From Podarcis gaigeae (Eukaryota): 64,000 nt of DNA. Positions 1 to 11,900 of this stretch are shown piece by piece. Both the position numbers and the translations under genes were made by a program. The DNA lies in the NCBI GenBank assembly GCA_964106915.2, contig OZ066919.1, one strand, 5' to 3'. The notes under the pieces were generated by a model, which saw only the letters and a list, made by a program, of their open reading frames with translations, did not search any database and was not told where the DNA came from. How positions within the stretch are numbered: position 1 is the stretch's first letter; every line of letters begins with the position of its first letter.

Positions 1-127
1 AATCAGAAACCGGGACAGCTTCTCTAAATCAGGGATGTCCCTGGAAAATAGGGAAATTTTGAAGGGTCGGCAGCTATTAGAGCAATCCTATACATGACTA
101 TTCAGAAGTTGAGTTCAATGGGACTTA

Positions 128-289
128 GTATAATGCAGATCATTGGTCCATCTAGCTCAATATTGTAAACACAGACCAGCAGCAGCTCTTCAGGGTTTCA
201 GATGGGGGACATTCCCAATCCTCCCTAGAGATGTCAGGGATTGATTTTTTGCATGCTGGGCATGTGCTCTACCATTGACCTATGCCCTT
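128..289 (-). mobile_element. Degenerate tRNA-derived SINE (Squam2-like)
   Basis: Reverse complement resembles the copy at 56834-57020. Confidence 0.7.
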
Positions 290-611
290 TATTCCCAGGT
301 TTGTAGTCTTAAGTGGCATGTCATGGGGGTGGGGAGAGAAATTCAGTTTGCTTCTAAGGGTGAACCTACCTGATCTGCACTTTCTGAAACAATATGCAAA
401 CTGAAACACAGTTATCCCTCAAAATTTGCATCACTCTGAATTTTGCAATACTGTACAGTCCTCCAGCAAAGTAATGCGTACAAAAATGAATATAACAGAG
501 TAAGGGCTGAAACAAAATCCATGCATTATTGAGAGGAACATACAAAAATGCGTTAAAAAACTAGGGGAAACTGTATACTAAAATGTGCTAATAATAAAAA
601 ACAACATATTT

Positions 612-770
612 ATATTTAATATATTTATATATTTATATGCTGACCATCTGCCCCAGCCACTCTGGGCAGCTTTCAACAGATTATTTTTTTAAAAACCCCA
701 ACCATTGAAAACTTCCCTATATGGGGCTTCTAAGAGTCAGGTGTTTATTTTCTGGACATCTGGCAGGAGA
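612..770 (-). mobile_element. L2 LINE 3' fragment
   Basis: ccccagccactctgggcagct 3'-end motif shared with 47040-47288. Confidence 0.6.
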
Positions 771-1040
771 AATTCAACACAAAAATGCTGATGGATTTTC
801 ACGAGGACTTTTTATCAAAACACTTTTCAAACTGATGTAGAAATGTGAAGAACTAAACTTTGCAAAGCGGGTAAAATGAAAAACTCAGAGAAACCAAACC
901 TACATAACTGTTTGCCCATTCCTGGCTATCATGCACTTGATTCGTTTGAGAGATTACTAAGAAAATGTGTGTATCTTTTATCGATGTAAGACTGAAGTGT
1001 GCCTCTAATTTACTTTAATGCGAGGACTATGCTGCAGTTA

Positions 1041-1391
1041 GGGACGCGGGTTGCACTGTGGGTTAAACCACAGAGCCTAGGACTTGGCGATCAGAAGGTC
1101 GGCGGTTCGAATCCCCGCGACGTGGTGAGCTCCCGTTGCTCAGTCCCTGCTCCTGCCAATCTAGCAGTTCGAAAGCACGTCAAAGTGCAAGTAGGTAAAT
1201 AGGTACCGCTCCGGCGAGAAGGTAAACGGCGTTTCCGTGCGCTGCTTTGGTTCACCAGAAGTGGCTTAGTCATGCTGGCCACATGACCCAGAAGCTGTAC
1301 ACCGGCTCCCTCGGCCGATAAAGCGAGATGAGAGCCGCAACCCCAGAGTTGGCCACGACTGGACCTACTGGTCAGGGGTCCCTTTACCTTT
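1041..1391 (+). mobile_element. Full-length Sauria SINE (Squam1)
   Basis: GGGACGCGG...GGTTCGAATCC tRNA-like head, CTAGCAGTTCGAAAGCAC core, TTTACC tail. Confidence 0.92.
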
Positions 1392-3348
1392 TTATTTTGC
1401 AGTTATCCAGTTTGAAAAATGCTGTTCTGTAGTATTAGTACAGTACTGCAAATTAGGCAAGTGCCCTTACTATTTTGTTTTACCACCATGCATACTATTT
1501 AACAGCTGGTTCTTTTCTTATAAATTGTAGACCATTACATGAAACAAAACTTCCTGCATTAGCAGAACTCTAGGAGCAAAACAATCTGAAGGCATTTGAT
1601 CAGAAATTAGGCTACTCTGCCAAAGACAAATGGATTTTGTCACTCTGGCACTTCAGGAAAATCAGAGCATTTTGCAGTCTTTCCAGCTGTGCGGTCTCTA
1701 CCTAGTGTTGAGGCCTCAGAAGGGAGGTTAATAAAGGAACATATGGTATGTGTACAATTTGCACAGTGTCCACAAAACTCGCACCATAATTTTGACAATG
1801 CAGGAAGCCTATTAGATTTATAGGTTTAATGTTGAAATACTCTGGGGCCGAAGTAGGATTTAAAATAGCCTGGAGTTTCCATGGTTTATGTGAAGCACAG
1901 AAACAACTAAAGGTTGCAGGAGACTCTTTTGCAGGGGTAATGCTTTGTAATGGAGACTCCTTTCAGCTCCTTAAAGATTCTGCCTCCCGGAAAGCTGTGC
2001 TTTTCAAGCGCTGTGTGTGGTTATTTTTGGCAAAGTATATGAGGAGCTTTTGGTTTTCCAAGTGCAGTTATTTTTGCAGACTGCAGTTATAAAGTTTATA
2101 GAATTAGAGCTGGTTTAATCTTATCCATCCAAACACTTTTCATTGCACATACCATAAGCAGGTTTGCTCCCTCCACCACCTGCTTTCTGATGCTGTGCAA
2201 CAATTTCTGCTTGTGCAATGGGACTCCCCACACATGCATCACACCCTCCTCAGAGTGTTAGGGGAACTCCTAGAACAGATTGAGGGGATACACAAGCAAA
2301 AATCCTTGCACTGTTAGAATGAGTTACTTAGCACTACATGGGACTCTACCTTATATGTATATTTTATCAGGAACAATTTTATATCTGAAAATGCTGATAT
2401 TTTCTTATATTTTAACTGAAACCTCCGTCCTGCAGCTTCTAGTGTGCTAGGCTTAGGAAAGCCAAATGATCTTTTTTACATAGGACAAGCCCTCTATTTG
2501 AAAGCCTGTCTGGGGATAGTTTTCTGTTTGAAAGGTTCTCTAGCCCAAATGTGGTTTAAAGATAATTATAAAAAGGGAAGCCTTCGTGGTTAGCACCTGG
2601 GCAGCCAACAGAGCAGGTCTCCTTGTCAGTCATGGTGAGATGGACTCTGTTTCTATTACAGAAATTATTTCTGCATTTGCATCTCTCAATAAGTAAACTG
2701 GTATATGCAAATTGTATTCAAAACTACATCTTTTGGGGTGATATGTAGTTGGCCACATATAAGTACTCTGTCTCCATTGATTCTGGAATAAGATATATGC
2801 ATGCAATGAACACATGTGAAACTAACATAGACCAGAAATAGATTGATATGTCTACCTCTGTTGCACACAATTGTATATATTACCATTGGTACTACCTTCT
2901 TAAGTATATCACCTTGAAGCAAGTTTTAGGGTTTACTTTGAACCTTTTTTCCTAACTAAACTGCAAAGACAAGGTCAATAAATCCCTGATATACATTTTT
3001 TTGGAGTATTTACCTTTTCTACAAACCGCACCCAAGGTAAGTGTTATGTACTGAGTTGACATTTTAGTTCTTGGCTTCTATATTTAAAAAATGAAATTGA
3101 CATTCAGGATCAGTCTTACATTGTGTAGCATGATGGTATGTGAATCTGATGTATATGTTTCATATTGAATATGAAATATTTACAAAGCTACATCCTCATC
3201 TTATGGGGGATTTCATTTTCCTTATATAAATCTTGTCAGTGAAAAGGAGTTGCAAAAAACAGAAGCCCTTATAAGAAACAATGTCTGTGTAATATGAAAG
3301 CCATCTTATGAGTAAAGTGGGGGGAGACATAACTCAGGGCTTCTGAAG

Positions 3349-3349
<1 letters not shown>

Positions 3350-3383
<34 letters not shown>

Positions 3384-3401
3384 TGTGTGTGTGTGTGTGT
3401 G
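3350..3401. repeat. (GT)n microsatellite
   Basis: Direct observation. Confidence 0.95.
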
Positions 3402-3765
3402 GTCCATCTTAAATGGAACAAGCCTGTGTTCCCCAGATGTTCACTTTGTCTTGCCTTTGACAGGTTTACAATACTGTATTTAGTTCTTTTTTCTATTGTA
3501 AAATAAAGGTGCCATTTCATCACTCTGTTGTGCTGTGTAGAACTCTTTAAAAGCACAAAATGTCAGAGAAGTCACTGAAGACCTTCAGCAAGCCATGTTC
3601 TGAAAGGAATAACTTATCTCTTCCAGAACTCCAGAGGGCCAATTCACTATTTACATAGTGTTTTTCCCAGTTAACATTCTAGGGGTATCTAATGCACAGC
3701 CTGTGACTATCCAGTCCCAAAAGTTTTTTTTTGTGACTCAATTTGTCATTTTAAAAATGCAATAA

Positions 3766-3816
<51 letters not shown>

Positions 3817-3822
3817 AATAAA
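3766..3822. repeat. (TAA)n/(TAAA)n microsatellite
   Basis: Direct observation. Confidence 0.95.
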
Positions 3823-4089
3823 ATGCAACTGCTTCAGTAGGTTATATGCTGTGATGCCAAAGGCACTCCAAAAAAAGTCTGTGTTTTTGTTAATGTGCTG
3901 AATGCTCCTATATGTCCCATGCTGTGATGTCAAGTTTTTTTTGTGGCCCTCCAAGGCCCCCACTCTAACTTGTCTATTAAATTGATTCTTTCTGATTGCT
4001 CTCATGTGATTGCCCCATTGTGATGCCAAAATTACATTTACTGACCACTCCTGTGTCCCCTGGAATGATTCTGATACTATAACGTTTTA

Positions 4090-4518
4090 ATGACTGCCCT
4101 TTCTTCCTCCTCCTTCTTTGGTGATCACTCATACCCGAGTAAGATTGTTCTCCAAGAACATGGTCTTAACAGTGAGTCCATAAGTGACTCTGGAGGCCAA
4201 TTCTAGATCCACACGTCCTTCCACAGTGGGGGCATAGGTTTCCAGGCAGGAGTTGAGGGTTTGCCAAACGTGCCTTCCTCTTAGCTCGTTTCTCCTTTTT
4301 GCCCTGAGTTCATGCTTCTTCGAAGTCCATGACACCTTTGGTAAAAGCTGTTCTCCAATTGGAGGACTTGCAGGCCAGTGTTTCCCAGTTATCAGTGCTT
4401 ATGTTACATTTTTTTAGATGTGCCTTGAGAGCGTCTTTAAACCTCTTTTGTTGTCCACCAGTATTTCACTTTCCATTCTTGAGTTGGGAATAGAGTAGAT
4501 GCTTTGGAAGACAATAGC
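4090..4518 (-). mobile_element. RTE-clade LINE 3' fragment (degenerate ORF C-terminus)
   Basis: Minus-strand translation LPKHLLYSQLKNGK*NTGGQQKRFKDALKAHLKKCNI...WETLA is typical of RTE C-termini; contains stops. Confidence 0.8.
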
Positions 4519-4795
4519 TTTGTATGACTACCCCAATCCCCTCACAAGTGTATCATTTAAAAACAATGAATTCCTATGTTTCAACCATACAAGTGTTTAT
4601 ATGCCACTCCCAATCTATGCCGAATGGTAGCAAAATTCCAGAGGGTTTTAGGTGCTCATCCAGGGTTGTGATCTATGCTGTCAGTGTAAGTTAGGTATGA
4701 ATGAGAAAAAAGAAAATAAGTCCTGGGACGCAGGGTAGATACCCCCTTTCAACTTTCTCTGTTCCCCAACGTTTAGTTCCAGTAAAAATATAATG

Positions 4796-5041
4796 CAGTC
4801 ATACCTCGGGTTGAAGTAGCTTTGGGATGAATATTTTTGGGTTGCGCTCCGCGGCGACCCAGAAGTAATGGAGCACATTACTTCTGGGTTTCACCGCTCG
4901 CGCATGTGCAGACGCTCAAAATTACGTCCCGCACATGCGCGGAAGTGGCGAAATGCAACCCGCGCAGATGCGTCTTATATTTACTTCAGGATGCGAATGG
5001 GGCTCCGGAACGGATCCTGTTTGTATCCAGAGGTACCACTG
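4796..5041. mobile_element. Tc1/mariner (Tigger-like) MITE
   Basis: Termini CAGTCATACCTC / GAGGTACCACTG followed by TA; inverted near-copy at 11957-12196. Confidence 0.8.
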
Positions 5042-5586
5042 TAATAGTAAGCTGAGGAACATAGTGTGATAATTCTAGCTGCTGTGTTTTAAATACAGTA
5101 CACACACAATATGAGCACCATCTAGTGGAGACAGGGAAGATCTGTTTAAACACACCCATATCTAGTTTCTACCTTTTTTTCTTTCAGATACTGTACCATT
5201 CTTCCTATTCAAGGAACCCGGCACAAAGGATATACTATTTTCTCAATGCATGATATTGGAGTTTACACTTGTCAGAAATGACTGGGGCATAAAATACACC
5301 CCCCCCCCAAGAAAACAACAACCCAAAGTAGGGGCCCATTAGATTCATGTATTGCTTAAAATGGAACAAAACAGGTTATGACTACACATCATGTGTTCTA
5401 ACACTGAGCAGCTTTCCTCACCCTGGTGCCCTCCAGTTTGCTGAGGTTGATGCGACTTGTAGTCCAAGACATCTGGAGGGCACCAGGTTGGGGAAGGCTG
5501 CCCTAGACCAAAGGCTCCAGTTATCAGATTCACCTGCCATCCCTTGATTTGGCAAAATACAAGCCCAAGTCAAAATTCTGAAAATA

Positions 5587-5801
5587 CAGTGGTACCTCAG
5601 GTTACATACGCTTCAGGTTACAGACTCCACTAACCCAGAAATAATACCTCGGGTTAAGATCTTTACTTCAGGATGAGAACAGAAATCGTGTGGTGGCAGT
5701 GGGAGGCCCCATTAGCTAAAGTGGTGCTTCAGGTTAAGAACAGTTTCAGGTTAAGAATGGACCTCCGGAATGAATTAAGTACTTAACCTGAGGTACCACT
5801 A
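5587..5801. mobile_element. Tigger-like MITE
   Basis: TA-CAGTGGTACCTCAGGTTA ... TAACCTGAGGTACCACTA-TA; near-copy at 47858-48063. Confidence 0.85.
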
Positions 5802-6642
5802 TAGTATAAGGCAGTGTTATCTGATAAGTTTCTATTTGCCTTTTGAAAAGGCTTTCCTATTCAATTCTGATATCAGTCCCCGCCCGAACCTATATTGACC
5901 AAACTATTCTGTTGATCTTCCCCCTATTATATCAACTGTTTGCCCCAGCAACGTTCCTCACTAAAGTTTCTATGGCACAGTCTACATGGCACAGAAATGA
6001 CCAACTGGACATTCCCCACACAAGGCTGTGAAAGGGAAATATTGGGACTTACTGTACATTCATTTTCTTTAGGGGATGAAGGGTCTCCTTGGATATATGG
6101 GATCCAATGCCATCCACCTGAGAGTTCTCAAATAACCCAAATGTGAAATTGCTGATCTTCTAAAAGGTGAGAAGGTTGTGGGTCTTCGATTCTAAACACT
6201 TATAATACATCCTGCCAATCCAACTGCAAATACAGGTCAGGACACTGTTATCTCCCTATTGCTGGGGCCTGAATGTGGAGATCTGTGAGGGAATGGCTAG
6301 TCACGAACAAAATCCGATTAATACTGCAGATTAATTGCTGAGACCGAAAGAGGAATTTACAACAATCCTGCAAAGTAGTACAGTGTTGAAGTCTCTCCAA
6401 CTCCCTGGTGGTAGAATGGCAACGCTGGGTGAAGGGCTTGCAAAGCTGATCATAGCAGAAGCTGTCTGCGCTGGAGGCAAGTTGTATAATCAAAGCCATC
6501 ACCCTAATCCTGTTTTCCTCTTTCTTCCCTGACCCCAAAGCAGTTTTATGAGAGGGCATATTCCAGCCTACAGGGATCTTTCAGTCTTACTACTACCAAT
6601 GTGTCAGCCTCCTTTCACAAGTTTTCGTTAAGGAAAGAGTGG

Positions 6643-6756
6643 TTTGATCTCTTTTTTTAATTGTTGCAAAGGAGCAATTTTAGCCTTAGGCCGGGTATTT
6701 GATCTCTTTTTTTAACTGTTGCGAAGGAGTAATTCTAGCCTTAGGCCGGGTATTTG
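6643..6756. repeat. 55-bp tandem duplication
   Basis: tttgatctc...gccttaggccgggta occurs twice with a few substitutions. Confidence 0.9.
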
Positions 6757-6999
6757 GCGATGTTGACTGGGGCTGATAGGAGTTGCAACATTTGTAAGGC
6801 AGCAGATTTGCCAAGTTGCCAAGACTCCCAGCTCCTCCTCACTGCTGCTTATTTTCTGATCATTACTGGCTCGCCTTTCCAGCACCCCTGCTGTAGTCAA
6901 TTGCATTGCAGATGTTCTTGTGTCAACTTGATGCAGATACTTCTCGCCTTCACTTCCGAGAAGCCCAAAACGAGCATTAAAAGTCAAAACGGAAATGGC

Positions 7000-8790
7000 C
7001 AGCGCGTGTGAGTCTACACTTTTTTTAATAGATCTACGACACCACTAGTTTCCCCTTTCGCGCCTTTTTTTCTCCCCTACGTTCCTTCAGGCCTCTGCGT
7101 CCCAGCAACCGTTACACTGCCACTTTTAAAACAGCACTCTGCTTTTCTTCTGGCCTTGCGGGTAAAATGATTGGCTAGTCAAAGCAGGCCGCGATTGGTC
7201 AAGCGACGGAGCCGGGGGGGGGGGGCCGATTCGTATTTCCTTTTCTTCCATCCGTCTCCTGTTGGCGGCGGGCTTTAAGCTTTCCAGACAAGCCTCTACA
7301 GTTGCACGCGCGCGTTTCCGCGAGGACCCTTCCGAGCTGTCCAAGCCACCCGCCTGAGCCCAAAAGAACGAGGGAGGCAGGGAGGCAGCGATTTCGCTTT
7401 CACCAGAAGCGGGGTCGAGCCTCAAACCATCTAGGGAGGCAGTTTGCCGAACTTTTCACCACCTCAGCGGGCGGTGACCGCGGGTATTATCAAACCGGCA
7501 TCCGTTCAAGACAACCCCCGAGTCGCCCGGCGCGAGAAACGCGGTGGGGGAACGAGGGGTCCTGGCTGTGTGCAAAACGCGCCAAGTTTCCCGTCGTGGG
7601 CGGGTGTGTGTGTGTCTGAGCTTGGAGGGACCCCAGATCCCCTCAGTCTATAGAGCAGCTGGGGAAGGGGCTATTCCGGGGCAGCGCCCTCCCGCGCCTC
7701 GCCCACGGGGACCTGGCCAGGACAAGAGGATGTAGCGGCGGCGGGTGAGGAGATGCGGCGGCCGCGCCACCATGAGCGGGCGGGCGGGGGCGCGCCTTTC
7801 TTTCCAGGCGACGGGTGGCCACCTCTGCCTGCCTCCCGGGGGGGGGGGGTCCGAGGGAAGGACTGCGGGCCGCCGCTGGTTCTCTGGCACTTTGAGCCGC
7901 AGCCCTGTCTGCCTGAGGGGAGCTTCAGGGAATATTTCGCTCTCCCTCTTTTTCACCCTTGATGCGGAAATTAGTTGTGAAGTGGAAGGCGCGCTACGGA
8001 ACTCTCCGCTGCGTTTTTTTTTATTTGGTCTGTTACGGGCGGAGCCAGGCTTCGTGTTGAAACAGGGGGATGCGGAACCTCAGTTAAGTATTTTTTATTG
8101 ATTGGGGGGGGGGGGGAGCAGCTGCCCTCCCCCCCTTCCCCTTGGCTCCGCCCGTGGTGTCTGTGCAGGGGGAGCGTGTCTGCTTCCCTCCTATGAAAGG
8201 TTTTCTCGGCTTTCGGTTTTCATCCTTGTCGCAGCAAGGAAAGTAACGGGCCGAGAGTATTTTTTGGGGGGGGGGGTCGTTTCCCGAGCTGCCCTCAAAT
8301 CTTAGGGCGGGGCGGAGGGGGAAGATGCCGCGGGTTTGTGTACCGGAAAAGTAACGACATCCCGACGTTCTTAAGTCTTAACCTGGGGCTTCAGTCTCCA
8401 GTAAATAGGATTTCCGCCCTGGCCGGTAGCGTCAGATTCCTGCACTGTTTCGCTTCTCCTTAACAACAACAACAAAAAGTTCAGAAGCCGCCGGCTTTTA
8501 ATGTCTAGGTCAAAGGGAACTTTGTATTAAGCGGTCGCAGCTTAGGAGTTCATCGCGCGCTAATCAAAGCGCAGTTGTGTTTCCCGGCCCACTTCGGCGT
8601 GTGCTCCGGTTGCTCTTGTGAAGCTGTGTCGTCACAATACACGCTGCCGCTTACAAAACATACAAACGTGGTGTTTTATATGCTTTTGACAGGCATGACT
8701 ACAGGTTGCAGTTTTGTTGCGTTCGTCCCTCGGCGTTCTCTGGTGAGGGGGGAAAATGCCAGGCGTGCTGCCCAGTGACAGTAGCGGGCT
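7000..8790 (+). promoter_or_regulatory. CpG island / USP1 promoter and probable non-coding first exon
   Basis: Sharp rise in GC and CpG content upstream of the ATG exon. E2F site TTTCGCGC 7056-7063, two inverted CCAAT boxes (ATTGG 7170-7174, 7194-7198), GC boxes; candidate first donor GCGG|gtgagg at 7744/7745. Confidence 0.85.
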
Positions 8791-8925
8791 TTCAAGAGGC
8801 ACCCCCACGAAAAGAAGCAGACTTTCACTGAAGTTCTTTCAGAAAAGGGAAACAAAAAGAGCTCTGGATTTTGCAGAATCGGCAGAAAATGAGCAAAAGA
8901 CTTCAGAATATGAATGTTCTGAAAT
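8756..8925 (+). CDS. USP1: USP1 coding exon 1 (start codon)
   Basis: MPGVLPSDSSGLSRGTPTKRSRLSLKFFQK...SE; donor AT|gtatgt. Confidence 0.95.
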
Positions 8926-11900
8926 GTATGTAAGCGTTTATTTTTCAGTAACTCATAACAATGTGCAGAGAACTTTTAAAGGCATTTTGGTGGATCTCCA
9001 TTTCTATATTTGTGTTACAGTGTATGCTTAAAGTTCTGTATCTTACTATATCAGTTATGTAAAATCTTACTGGTTGTGCTTAATTACTGTAACTACACAT
9101 ATTTGCATTGGCTTTTGTATACCCCAGCCTTCAGTTGGCTTTCAATGTTTTCTAACAGAAGGCTAATGGTAGGCTGTTAACATAATGGATTATGACTGAA
9201 ATCAGTTTGATTACTGGTATTCTATCTTGGTGACAATTTGTTTTGTATATAGGTAGCATTACATACATTCTATGCTAATTGAGGGTAGAACAGGCATAAT
9301 ACAACCCAAGTTTAAGTTTTCAAAACTCCATTGAGCCCAGTGGAAGAGATTTAGGAATGTACTAGACCTTGAACTTCTTTCTGTCAAATGACTTAAAAGA
9401 GTTGGATAGAGAGTACCCTACATAGCCTGCTTTGGGGGGAATAACAAAAAGTGAACTCAAAAAAAATTCCTTCCAGTAGCTCCTTAAAGACCAACTAAGT
9501 CAATTCTTGGTATGAGCTTTCGTGTGCATGCACACTTCTTCAGATACACTGCATGCACACGAAAGCTCATACCAAGAACTGACTTAGTTGGTCTTTAAGG
9601 TGCTACTGGAAGGAATTTTTTTTGTTTTGACTATGGCAGACCAACACGGCTACCTATCTGTAAAAAGTGAACTGTTTGTTTACAACATTAAATTTGGTAG
9701 AAAGGTTTTAAAGGATACAGGCCTAAGAATATGTAATGGGAAGTAAGAACTACTGTATTCTGTGTGATTAACTTCTACACACAAGATTGTGCTGCACACC
9801 TTCATTCTTGATTGCAAGTTTCTTACACTTTAGCAGTTTGTTTCCATACGAGAAAATACTTTATTTTTAAAAAAAATAGATTAAGGTGTCAAAATGAAAA
9901 ACTATTTCAATAGGCTGCATTGGGAATAAACTTTAAATCCTGGTCTAATTATGGCCATACAGTATATTGTTGGCCTAATACTCCTGTGAAAATGGGAGCT
10001 TCCGTGGGATAATACTTTAGCCGTTGAAGAATTCCTGGCCAGAAATAAATCTGTTATGTTGACAAGGAAAACACAAGAGTTATCAATACCATTTTTGTAC
10101 TTATAATTGTTGTACTTTAATTATCTTATTGTACAGTTAAAGGTAAAGGTACCCCTGCCCATACGGGCCAGTCTTGACAGACTCTGGGGTTGTGCGCCCA
10201 TCTCACTTAAGAGGCCAGGGGCCAGCGCTGTCCGGAGACACTTCCGGGTCACGTGGCCAGCGTGACATCGCTGCTCTGGCGAGCCAGAGCCGCACACGGA
10301 AACGCCGTTTACCTTCCCGCTGGTAAGCGGTCCCTATTTATCTACTTGCACCCGGAGGTGCTTTCGAACTGCTAGGTTGGCAGTTAGAGATGGCTAATTC
10401 ATTATTTTTGGAGAGTGATTTTTATGTGGTACCTCAATAGTGGTACTACATAGAGCTCGCCCTGTCGTGGGCATTCAAACTGCCAACCTACAGATCAGCA
10501 AGCCCAAGAGGCTCAGTGTTATAGACTTTGCTCTGTCCCAGCTCCTGCCAACTTAGCAGTTCGAAAGCAAACCAGTGCGAGTAGATAAATAGGTACCTCT
10601 GCGGCAAGAAGGTAAACGGTGTCTCCATGCGCTCTGGTTTCCATGTTCTGTTGTGCCAGAAGTGTTTTAGTCATGCTGGCCACATGACCCAGAAAGCTGT
10701 CTGTGGACAAACGCCGGCTCCCTCGGCCTGAAAGCGAGATGAGCACCGCAACCCCATAGTTGCCTTTAACTGGACTTAACTGTCATGGGGTCCTTTACCT
10801 TTTACCTTACTACATACAGCAGGGATTAAGAAACAGTATTTTAGTAATAGGTAAATTTCTAAATTTAGAAGACATCTTGCACATGTGTATTTTGGAATAA
10901 AATATCTTTTTTTGTATGACAGTGACCAGGTAGTTCCTGCAACACAGCCACTTTCACCGTCGCCTATCTGCTGTGAGAAGAAAGACAACATGCTACCTTT
11001 CGTGGGCTTGAACAATCTGGGTAACACGTGTTATCTTAACAGTATACTTCAGGTAAGTTCATAACAGGTCCTGATGGACATAAGTTGTGTAACAAATACA
11101 TTGTACAAACATTGAAGGTATGTGGCAGGCTCTAGGATATTGTTTTCTTAGTATGGTTTGCAAAATATTAAAACGAGGCGTATTTGAAGAGGCTGTACTA
11201 TGAGTATAGAAGAAGAAGAAGAGAAGAAGAGTTTGGATTTGATATCCCGCTTTATCACTACCCGAAGGAGTCTCAAAGCGGCTAACATTCTCCTTTCCCT
11301 TCCTCCCCCACAACAAACACTCTGTGAGGTGAGTGGGGCTGAGACACTTCAAAGAAGTGTGACTAGCCCAAGGTCACCCAGCAGCTGCATGTGGAGGAGC
11401 GGAGACGCGAACCCGGTTCCCCAGATTGCAAGACTACCGCTCTTAACCACTACACCACACTGGCTCCATCAAAAGTCACGCCATTCTCTTTTAACTTCAC
11501 ATTTTCAGAGGAAGTGCTTTAAAAATACTTGCTTTACCTAGCTCAAAGGGAAAACAAGGAAAACTAAACATGAAAACAACAGTAAAACCATAGCACTGAT
11601 AAAACCTGCAATAGCTTGACCCACTATTCCTCCTTTGTCCAAACGTCTGCTAGATCAAAACAGTTTCATCTGCCTATTGATAACCAGGCCTTGTCAGGAG
11701 ATTGGAGTTCCAAAATCAAAGCAGAATGATTGAGAAAACTTGGATACACAAGCTATGTAGCATAGCTTTATTTCTGTTTGAGTTTGTTTTTTTGTAACGG
11801 ATGTAACCTTAAAAAAATAAAAATAATATGAGAACTTTGAAGTCAGTATATGGCATTTAGAAATAATACTCAAACAACATGAATGAAACAGTGGGGCAGG

